Assembly: GCF_022482905.1 (NCBI RefSeq)
Contig: NZ_JAKVOI010000001.1
Coordinates: 929,958 to 993,957 of the forward strand
Reading direction: 5' to 3'
Source of the DNA: Clostridium sp.
Lineage (GTDB): Bacteria > Bacillota > Clostridia > Clostridiales > Clostridiaceae
Length of the DNA: 64,000 nucleotides
The translations under genes and the position numbers were made by a program. The notes under the pieces are model-generated. The model had not been told where the DNA came from. It did no database searches and worked only from the letters and a program-made list of their open reading frames with translations. Positions within the stretch are counted from its first letter, which is position 1. Each line of letters begins with the position of its first letter. Of this stretch, positions 26,707 to 34,527 are shown one piece after another.

Positions 26707-27477
26707 ATGGAAACAATAAAGAGACACTTTTTCAGCGACACGGGTGTGATGCTGGAACGTTCCATGCGCCATATTACCCGCAGCATGGACACCATCATCA
26801 CGGTAACCATCATGCCGATTGCGATGATGCTGTTGTTCGTCTATGTGTTAGGTGGTGCCATACAAACCAGTACAGATAACTATGTGAACTATCTTCTGCC
26901 GGGCATTCTGATGATGGCGATCGCCAGCGGTATATCATATACGGCTTTCCGTCTGTTTATGGATATGCAGAGCGGCATCTTCGAAAGGTTCCACTCCATG
27001 CCTGTTGCACCTTCGGCTGCACTGTGGGGGCATGTGCTGACCTCACTGGTATCCAATGCGATTTCGGTTGTCGTCATCATTCTCGTGGCACTGATTATGG
27101 GATTTCGCTCATCGGCAGGAGTATTGTCGTGGCTTGCCGTGGCTGGTATACTTGCACTTGTTACACTGGCCTTGACCTGGATCGCGGTAATTCCCGGACT
27201 GACTGCAAAATCGGTGGACGGTGCGAGCGCCTTTTCCTATCCGCTTATCTTCCTGCCGTTTATCAGCTCGGCCTTTGTGCCGACGGAATCAATGCCGGGT
27301 CCTGTCCGCGCCTTTGCCGAAAACCAGCCGGTCACTTTCATCGTGGACGCCATTCGTTCCCTGCTGGCGGGGCAGTCTGTAGGAAATGATATTTGGGCTG
27401 CACTTGCATGGTGTCTGGGTATTCTTGTTGTTGCGTATTTATTCGCAATAAGGATTTATAAACGTAAGGCAGCTTAA
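26707..27477 (+). CDS. ABC-2 type transporter permease
   Basis: 256 aa with six predicted TM helices. Immediately follows the ATPase stop (TAAATG). Confidence 0.85.
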   Translation: METIKRHFFSDTGVMLERSMRHITRSMDTIITVTIMPIAMMLLFVYVLGGAIQTSTDNYVNYLLPGILMMAIASGISYTAFRLFMDMQSGIFERFHSMPVAPSAALWGHVLTSLVSNAISVVVIILVALIMGFRSSAGVLSWLAVAGILALVTLALTWIAVIPGLTAKSVDGASAFSYPLIFLPFISSAFVPTESMPGPVRAFAENQPVTFIVDAIRSLLAGQSVGNDIWAALAWCLGILVVAYLFAIRIYKRKAA

Positions 27478-27612
27478 TGTTGCAGGGATATTTTTAAAGA
27501 GCAATAAGTAAACAGAAGTTTAGCACTTTAAGCACTTGACATAAATGTAATTCCATAGTACTATTATTAGCATAATCCTATCATCCTATGTTTAAAAGAG
27601 GTGATTTTATAA

Positions 27613-28302
27613 ATGCCTATTAAAAAAGCAAATCGCTCGACTTTGGTAGGTCAAGTTGCAGCGCAAATTGAAGAAATGATAGAAAATGGTCAATGGAAAG
27701 TTGGTAAGAAAATTCCTGCTGAACCAGAATTGATGATTAAATTTGATGTAAGCAGAAATACATTGAGGGAAGCAATTCAATCTTTAGTTCATATAGGACT
27801 GCTTGAAACTCGTCAAGGCATTGGAACTACAGTTAAATCAGACAGTGGTTTAGAATTGGTTTTACAGAAAAAAATTCAAAAAAGTGATTTGCTGGAAACT
27901 TTAGAAGTGCGTTTAGGGTTTGAACGGGAAGCAGCCCAACTTGCTGCTGAAAGAAGAACCGAAGATGATTTACAGAAAATTAGAAATTGCCTTAATGAAT
28001 GTAAAACAGCAACACAAAATAATGATTTATTTCAATTTGTAAAAACGGATATTGCTTTTCATAAATCTATTGTGCAGGCTACACATAATAAAATGTTCAT
28101 TGAAATTTATGAAAATATTACTGATGCATTACAAAGTTCCATCAATAAAAGTATGGAAATTAAAGATCCGGTTCATCTTGAAAATGAGGTTCATACGGAT
28201 CTTTTTCGTGCTATTGAGTTGAAAGATTCAAATTTAGCTTTGAATTGTGTCAATCAATATTTAAATGATACAAAAAAATCATTGATTCTTCTGTATAAGT
28301 GA
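27613..28302 (+). CDS. GntR-family regulator, FadR subfamily (FCD C-terminal domain)
   Basis: HTH KIPAEPELMIKFDVSRNTLREAIQSLVHIGLLETRQGIGT, followed by an all-helical FCD-like domain (LEVRLGFEREAAQLAAERRT...FHKSIVQATHNKM). Confidence 0.85.
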   Translation: MPIKKANRSTLVGQVAAQIEEMIENGQWKVGKKIPAEPELMIKFDVSRNTLREAIQSLVHIGLLETRQGIGTTVKSDSGLELVLQKKIQKSDLLETLEVRLGFEREAAQLAAERRTEDDLQKIRNCLNECKTATQNNDLFQFVKTDIAFHKSIVQATHNKMFIEIYENITDALQSSINKSMEIKDPVHLENEVHTDLFRAIELKDSNLALNCVNQYLNDTKKSLILLYK

Positions 28303-28579
28303 GACTTTATTAGGTATAAAGTATTCAGATATATTGATTTGAAAAAGTAAAAGTGTTAAAATTACAATGAATAGTGAATAACCGGTAGAATAGTATTCAC
28401 TATTTGGCATAATCATTATATTATATTTTAGATAATTCTTTTTTGGAGGCAAAAAGGAGGTGGTATTTTAAATTTATGAATGGATACTAAATTATATGTT
28501 TTGTAACACTATTTTAATGGGAACAAATAGTGAACATACAGCTGTTTAGCATTCATAAAATTTAGAGGGGATATAATCA

Positions 28580-29371
28580 ATGAATTATAGCATTAAACAA
28601 ATAATAAAAGAAGCTGCGGAGAAACTCATTTTGCAGAAAGGATTCAAAGATACTACAATTAAGGAGATTTCAAAAAGTGCAAAGATATCTGTAGGTACTA
28701 TATATCGCTATTATAAAAATAAGGAAGAAATCCTCAATGATATAGGAAGAATGGATTTAAAGTATGTATCTTATTCTCAGGACAGTAAGCGAAAGGAAAT
28801 AATGGATGTTGCCCTTGATGTCTTTGGAACAAGAGGATACGCTAGAACAAATATGGAAGATATAGCTAATAAGGTAGGTATGTCAAAAGCTTTCATTTAT
28901 CAATACTTTAACAATAAACATGAACTATTTATTTCCACAATTAGAGAATTCTCACAAGTACAGACCATTTTTGATCTGCATGAAGTTAATAAGGATCATA
29001 TAGATGTAGAAAAAATTTTAACGCAAATCGGAACGATACTTCTTTCTATATTCAAGAATCCGCAAAAATTGAAACTGATGAGGATTATTATTGCAGAAAC
29101 TCACAATTTCCCGGAAATAGGAGAACTCTTTTTTTGCCAGGTGGTTGAAAAAATTGCAAAAGATTTAAGTGAGATATTAAAATCTTATATTTATGGAGAT
29201 ATAGATCCTGTGCTGTCAATTAAATTTTTTGTTGGGGCTATTTGGTCATTAGTCTTTTTACAAGAAATGCTGCCGCTGGAAGATAGAAATTATGATGATG
29301 AAGCTATTGTTAAAAATGCTGTGAAAATATTTCAGTATGGAGCTTTGAAGTATAATGTTAATCTTTCATAA
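28580..29371 (+). CDS. TetR-family regulator with two tandem TetR_N HTH domains
   Basis: HTH 1 is IIKEAAEKLILQKGFKDTTIKEISKSAKISVGTIYRYYKNKEEIL. HTH 2 is EIMDVALDVFGTRGYARTNMEDIANKVGMSKAFIYQYFNNKHELF. A single C-terminal effector domain of about 150 aa follows. Confidence 0.8.
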   Translation: MNYSIKQIIKEAAEKLILQKGFKDTTIKEISKSAKISVGTIYRYYKNKEEILNDIGRMDLKYVSYSQDSKRKEIMDVALDVFGTRGYARTNMEDIANKVGMSKAFIYQYFNNKHELFISTIREFSQVQTIFDLHEVNKDHIDVEKILTQIGTILLSIFKNPQKLKLMRIIIAETHNFPEIGELFFCQVVEKIAKDLSEILKSYIYGDIDPVLSIKFFVGAIWSLVFLQEMLPLEDRNYDDEAIVKNAVKIFQYGALKYNVNLS

Positions 29372-29397
29372 ATAATATTTTATGAGGAGGGACTTTT

Positions 29398-30780
29398 ATG
29401 AAAATAAAAGATAATTTAGAGAAAATTACCAAACAGACTATTGTAAATAAAATTGTTGGTTACCTTGATAAAAACCCGGAAGAAAACATAGATAAAATTT
29501 TTAAGGGTATTAAAATGCTGACTAAAGATGAATCTGCATTGGCCCAAATTGAATTTGTTGAGAATTATTATAACAATGATAAATACAAACATGAATATAT
29601 TCAGGATATTTTAAAAAATACAGATACTAAATGTCTCAAAAAATTTTTTTCATGTTTTTTTGCAAATGCAAACTGGTTTGCCGGACCAAAAAGGCAGAAA
29701 TATATGGAGGAAGAGGATACTAAAATACCATTTGTCATGCTTTTAAGCCCATCCATGAGATGTTCACTTCACTGCAAGGGATGTTATGCTTCAAGTTTTA
29801 GCAAAAAGGATGACATTCCACCGGAAGAAGTTGACAGAATTATAGGAGAGGCAAGAGATCTTGGAATTTATTACATTATTATTTTAGGTGGAGAACCTTT
29901 CTTCAATGACTATCTTCTGGACATTTATGAGAAATATGATGATATAATGTTTACACCATTTACTAGCGGACTTTTTCTTGATGAAAAAATTGCAGACAGA
30001 CTTAAGAAAAGCGGCAATGTGATACCTATGCTTTCAATTGAAGGTTTCGAAAAGGATACTGATGAACGTAGAGGAAAAGGCACATATAAAAAGGTATTGA
30101 AAGCCATGGATATACTCCATGAGAGAGGAATACTGTTCGGAGTGTCTTCGGCTGTTACGAGGACTAATATAAATACGGTGCTCAGTGATGAATTTACAGA
30201 TATGTTGATTGAAAAAGGTTCTAAAATGAGCTGGTACTTTTTATTCATGCCAGTGAATGGTGAAGATGAAGATTTTGATATGATGCTTACAGGAGAACAG
30301 CGGGATTATCTTGGACGAAGATCCAGGGAAATGAGAGCTAATAAACCATATTTTACCCTTGACTTCTTCAATGATGCTCCGTATGTTGGAGGGTGCATTG
30401 CAGGTAAATACTTCTTCCATGTCAACTCTAAAGAAGATGTCGAGCCATGCATATTTTCACATTTTTCAACTGTTAATTTGAAAGGCAGACATTTGATAGA
30501 GGCATTCAGGGATCCATTCTTTAAGAAATTAAGATCCATGCAGCCTTATAATAAAAACATGTTGAGGCCGTGCAGCATGATAGACAATACCAATGTGATA
30601 ATAAATGTATGCAAGGAAGTAGGGGCTAAGCCGGACGATGCCGGAGCAGAGAAAATGCTTCATGATCCTGAATTTCACGAAAAGATAATGAAGTCATCGA
30701 AAGAATTTGCACCATATGCTGAAAAAACCTGGAAAGAATTTTTTAAAGAGAGTGGTAATGACAAGTTTGCCAAAGGATAA
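29398..30780 (+). CDS. radical SAM enzyme with N-terminal extension and C-terminal Cys-rich (SPASM/twitch-like) region
   Basis: CSLHCKGCY gives the CxxxCxxC motif, GGEPF is the SAM-binding motif, and the C-terminal cysteines are in GGCIAG, EPCIFSHF, RPCSMID and NVCKE. Confidence 0.8.
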   Translation: MKIKDNLEKITKQTIVNKIVGYLDKNPEENIDKIFKGIKMLTKDESALAQIEFVENYYNNDKYKHEYIQDILKNTDTKCLKKFFSCFFANANWFAGPKRQKYMEEEDTKIPFVMLLSPSMRCSLHCKGCYASSFSKKDDIPPEEVDRIIGEARDLGIYYIIILGGEPFFNDYLLDIYEKYDDIMFTPFTSGLFLDEKIADRLKKSGNVIPMLSIEGFEKDTDERRGKGTYKKVLKAMDILHERGILFGVSSAVTRTNINTVLSDEFTDMLIEKGSKMSWYFLFMPVNGEDEDFDMMLTGEQRDYLGRRSREMRANKPYFTLDFFNDAPYVGGCIAGKYFFHVNSKEDVEPCIFSHFSTVNLKGRHLIEAFRDPFFKKLRSMQPYNKNMLRPCSMIDNTNVIINVCKEVGAKPDDAGAEKMLHDPEFHEKIMKSSKEFAPYAEKTWKEFFKESGNDKFAKG

Positions 30781-30811
30781 AATATAAATGGATAGCTATT
30801 TCCATAATAAA

Positions 30812-30848
30812 GATTTTCCCGGGCTTTTCAGCCCGGGAAAATCTTTAT
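30812..30848 (+). terminator. intrinsic terminator after the radical SAM gene
   Basis: TTTTCCCGGGC - TTTTCA - GCCCGGGAAAA followed by TCTTTATT. Confidence 0.8.
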
Positions 30849-31013
30849 TATCAGCAAATGAATTCATCAATTAAGTATATAAGTTATCAAAGAGCCAGAT
30901 GCCAAGACGCAGAGCCGATAACCGTGAGTGAAATCACAAAATCACAGTTGTCGGCCCTTTCTCTTTAATTTAAGAATTTTAACAGCAGAAAAAACAAATT
31001 TAATAGTTCATAA

Positions 31014-31595
31014 TTATTTTTTCTTTATAAATGCATTCAAGAAGAGCATATATATTTCTTTTGAAAAAGTAGTGTCGTTGTTAAATAAAGCAGGATTGTT
31101 TATGAAATAGTATCGAATTATATCAAGGTACTTTAACATGGACTTTGTGGATATTGTAGCATCAAATACACCTTCGCTTTTCCCTTTCTCAATGAGAGTT
31201 ACTGTTGCATCAGTATATTTTAAATAGTTATCAGAACCAATACATTCGCTAATAAAGTCTTCACCTTTAGGATCGGTTAAAGCGTACCATGAGAAATTTA
31301 TAAAGAACTCGGTTTTTACAACTAATAGGTCCTTGAGTTTGTCAAGGACACAGTCTGAATTTTCTAGAATATTAATTGTTTTTAAGTAATCATCACATAT
31401 TATTTTTTTTATTAATTCTTTCTTTAGATTTTCCTTGTTCGTATAAAAATTATAAACTGAAGACTCAGAAACATGCGCCAAATCAGCAATGTCAGTAATA
31501 CTTGTTTTATTTGGTCCTTTTTGTTTAAATAGTTCAAGAGCTGCACTTAAAATTGACTCTTGCTTTTGTTTTCGTCTTTTTTCAAAACCGTTCAT
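31014..31595 (-). CDS. TetR/AcrR-family transcriptional regulator
   Basis: ILSAALELFKQKGPNKTSITDIADLAHVSESSVYNFYTNKENL. AGAGGTG RBS. Confidence 0.85.
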   Translation of the reverse strand: MNGFEKRRKQKQESILSAALELFKQKGPNKTSITDIADLAHVSESSVYNFYTNKENLKKELIKKIICDDYLKTINILENSDCVLDKLKDLLVVKTEFFINFSWYALTDPKGEDFISECIGSDNYLKYTDATVTLIEKGKSEGVFDATISTKSMLKYLDIIRYYFINNPALFNNDTTFSKEIYMLFLNAFIKKK

Positions 31596-31644
31596 TGAAC
31601 ACCTCTTAGATATGGAGTATTTATTTAATTATACTACAAAATTC

Positions 31645-31710
31645 TTGACTTTAAAATACTTCTATGTATAATAAAATTATATAGTAAAATTAAGATTTTA
31701 CTATATAATT
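31645..31710 (+). promoter_or_regulatory. promoter (TTGACT-16-TGTATAAT) plus a 36-bp perfect palindrome; candidate TetR operator for the oxidoreductase gene
   Basis: TTGACT at 31645-31650 and an extended -10 TGTATAAT at 31665-31672. AATTATATAGTAAAAT (31675-31690), TAAG, ATTTTACTATATAATT (31695-31710). Confidence 0.6.
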
Positions 31711-31732
31711 TTATTGTGAAGGAGAAAACCTT

Positions 31733-32722
31733 ATGACTAATAGTAAATACATTGTAATTAATCAGTTTGGTGGCCCAGAAGTGCTGCAATTAGCAGAGAA
31801 ATCTATTCCTGACCCAAAAAACGATGAAGTTTTGATTAAAAATTTATATACAGGTGTATCATTCGGAGATATTATTTTACGCATTGGCAAGGCTCCATTT
31901 CAAAAGCCTCCGCTTATACCGGGAAATGAAGTTGTTGGAATTATACAGAAAACAGGAAATAATGTTACTTCATTAAAAGTTGGGCAGCTTGTTGCAGCAT
32001 TAACTTTTTTTGGAGGATATTCTGAATATATTTGCCTTCATCAGAAAGAGCTTATGCCAATTCCCAAGGGTGTTAAACCAGAAGATGCAGCATGCCTTAT
32101 ACTAAATTATCTGATTGCCTATCAATTACTGCATCGCTGTGCCAAAATAAAAAAAGGTGAGAAAGTTCTCGTACATGGAGCATCTGGAGGAATTGGTACC
32201 GCTATACTTCAATTAGGTAAAATTATTGGAGCTGAAATGTATGGAACAGCTTCTCCCGAAAAGCATTCATATGTTTCAGGCCTAGGTGCTATACCAATTG
32301 ATTATAAAAATTCGGATTTCTGTTTAAACATAAAAAAACGTTGCCCGGATGGAATAGATATAGTGTTTGACAGTGTAGGGGGTACCACTTTTAAAAAATC
32401 ATATTCACTTTTAAGAAAAAATGGTCGGCTTATTGGATATGGATCACAGAATCTTATTTCCACACTTAGAACAATAATATTTCGGTCTCTGATCCCTGAC
32501 AGTAGAAGAGCTTATCTATATTTGTTAATAATTAATAAAAGAACCAGGCCAAGGTGGATTAAAGAGGATCTACAATCTTTGTTTAAACTAATTATTGAAG
32601 GGACTTTAAAGCCGGTTATTAACGAATGCTTTCCTCTAAAAGATGCAAAAATAGCACATAAGAAATTAGAAAGCGGAACTGTCATGGGAAAAATTCTTTT
32701 AAAAGTAGATAAAGGAATATGA
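31733..32722 (+). CDS. zinc-type alcohol dehydrogenase superfamily (MDR) NAD(P)H:quinone oxidoreductase-like protein
   Basis: GroES-like N-terminus (VLIKNLYTGVSFGDI) and the nucleotide-binding motif VLVHGASGGIGTAILQL. Confidence 0.8.
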   Translation: MTNSKYIVINQFGGPEVLQLAEKSIPDPKNDEVLIKNLYTGVSFGDIILRIGKAPFQKPPLIPGNEVVGIIQKTGNNVTSLKVGQLVAALTFFGGYSEYICLHQKELMPIPKGVKPEDAACLILNYLIAYQLLHRCAKIKKGEKVLVHGASGGIGTAILQLGKIIGAEMYGTASPEKHSYVSGLGAIPIDYKNSDFCLNIKKRCPDGIDIVFDSVGGTTFKKSYSLLRKNGRLIGYGSQNLISTLRTIIFRSLIPDSRRAYLYLLIINKRTRPRWIKEDLQSLFKLIIEGTLKPVINECFPLKDAKIAHKKLESGTVMGKILLKVDKGI

Positions 32723-33752
32723 CAGATCATATAGATTGGGATGAGCTGTTCAAAAAAGAGAACAAGCCCGTTGGCAAATCCGACCGTAGGCACTGACATC
32801 ATTTCAAATCCTTCCAAAGATGCTCTGGCAGATATTCTCCTGGAAAATGATAAGCTGAAAAGAAACGTGACTTTGTCTATGCAGGCGTATATCCGAAACT
32901 TCACGGGGAGTCAGCCTATGTTTACACGGACAAAAAGTGGTGTGCTTACATCCTATTCGCCTTTGAAATTTACATAAATTACTATATGGAAAGGCAAAGG
33001 GATAGCCTGGTTGTTAGTGAAAGTGAGTTTAACAGGCATATGGGGCTTTCAATTGATGTTAAGCCTGATAAGTTGTTGCTTGTGTATAATTCCAGTGCAA
33101 ATGCAAAAGAACCTGTTGATTTTGATACCATCATCACAATTGAGCCCTGGCTGAAAGGCGTAACCCGTGCAGAAACATTTGAGAAAAATCCTGTAGATAT
33201 GAATACTTTTGTAGGAAAGTTGGGAAATGTAAAGCATCTGGCATATGACAGAGAAAACACAAGAAGTATATATGCCCCTTTCATTGATTCTTATGGAAAT
33301 ATTGAATATGCAGGTGCTTTGGCAGATGTAATTGACGATAAAATATATGCAGAACTGAAAGCCAAGGAAGAAACCGCCTATTTGTTTAATCTTAAATCAG
33401 GTAACGGCCAGAAAGTATTTGATGCCATACTTGATGGACTGCGCAATATAAATGGAAGTAATGAAAGCTTATGGAAAAGCTCTAGTTTAGTATTCGGCAA
33501 AAAAGATGACATAACAAATCTGCGTCCAATTTATAAACAGGAACGTTTTAACATGGCCTTTGGTATTGGTGGTTTTACATTCTTTGCATTTAGCTTCATA
33601 GGATTTTTATTCTTACTGTCATCAGGTATTGTGTTGTACTATAAAATTGTCACTGATATTGATGAAGAAAAGAACAGATTGTTATACTGAAAAGAATAGG
33701 GTTAAATGACAAAGAATGTAGGGGGTATCTGACAACTCATTCAGGCAATTAA
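32723..33752 (+). pseudogene. degraded remnant of an FtsX-domain (BceB-type) ABC permease gene
   Basis: Coding-like segments sit in three different frames, interrupted by stops (32741-32977, 32986-33690, 33687-33752). The middle segment ends in a TM helix (GIGGFTFFAFSFIGFLFLLSSGIVLYY). The sequence KIVTDIDEEKNRLL then continues in the -1 frame as LKRIGLNDKECRGYL, the typical FtsX-domain linker. There is no N-terminal TM region, no downstream TM helices and no partner ATPase. Confidence 0.55.
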
Positions 33753-33763
33753 AAAATTTTCAA

Positions 33764-33798
33764 ACACAATTGACCTAATCGGTTAATTGTGTTATTTT
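33764..33798 (+). promoter_or_regulatory. candidate promoter (TTGACC-17-TATTTT) overlapped by the inverted repeat ACACAATT...AATTGTGT
   Basis: Inverted-repeat arms at 33764-33771 and 33785-33792. Located upstream of the tetR + rph-like module 1. Confidence 0.4.
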
Positions 33799-33832
33799 AT
33801 TATTAACCGGATCGGTAAATAAAATTGAGAAG

Positions 33833-34459
33833 GTGAGTTTTTTGGAGAAATTTTTAAGTCTACCCATAGACAAGCAGGATATAATTGTCAATGCTGCTCT
33901 TAAATGTTTTGGCACTAACGGTTACAAAAAAACTTCCATTAGCGATATTGCCGCTGCGGCGGGGATTTCAAAAGCGTTGATATTTCATTACTTTGGCACA
34001 AAAAAAGCTTTATATTTATATCTGATTGATCTATGCACCCGTACTATCATGAATGAAATTGATAAAAAGTTTGATAATAGCATTACTGATTTCTTTGATA
34101 GAATTGAACTTACAACCAGCATTGAAATTTCGGTTATGAAAAAACACCCTGCCATTCTCTCCTTTTTAGACAGTGTGTATTTTGAAAATGCTGACGAAGT
34201 TAAAGAGGACATAAAGGCTATTTTGGAAAATAGTGAAAGTGAAAGCTTTAGAAGCAAAATTGTTTTTGAAGGCATTGATACCTCAAAATTCAAGGATGAC
34301 GTTGATCCAAAGCTGGTCATGAAAATACTTACCTTGCTTACTGATGGGTATTTAAGTAAAATGCCTAAAACAGGGATTGATCTTGATGCTTTATGTGAAG
34401 AATTCGGTGAGTATATAAATCTGTTCAAAAGAAATTTTTACAAGGAGAAATACCTATAA
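33833..34459 (+). CDS. TetR/AcrR-family transcriptional regulator
   Basis: IIVNAALKCFGTNGYKKTSISDIAAAAGISKALIFHYFGTKKALY. Start is GTG 33833 or TTG 33842. Confidence 0.85.
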   Translation: MSFLEKFLSLPIDKQDIIVNAALKCFGTNGYKKTSISDIAAAAGISKALIFHYFGTKKALYLYLIDLCTRTIMNEIDKKFDNSITDFFDRIELTTSIEISVMKKHPAILSFLDSVYFENADEVKEDIKAILENSESESFRSKIVFEGIDTSKFKDDVDPKLVMKILTLLTDGYLSKMPKTGIDLDALCEEFGEYINLFKRNFYKEKYL

Positions 34460-34527
34460 CGTGTATTTGATCTACCTGAAACGGTTTATTGATATATGCT
34501 ATGTGTAAAATAGAAGGGAGAATATGT

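Noticed and set aside
30914-30955. Hairpin GCCGATAAC...GTTGTCGGC with an internal AATCACA direct repeat, downstream of the minus-strand TetR gene
   Set aside because: The stem is imperfect, has no adjacent T-run on either strand, and recurs nowhere else in the window. There is not enough evidence to call a terminator, sRNA or repeat element.
30928-31110. A 60-aa ORF as a possible precursor peptide for the radical SAM enzyme
   Set aside because: It has no RBS, overlaps the 3' end of the TetR gene on the opposite strand, and lies beyond a strong terminator.
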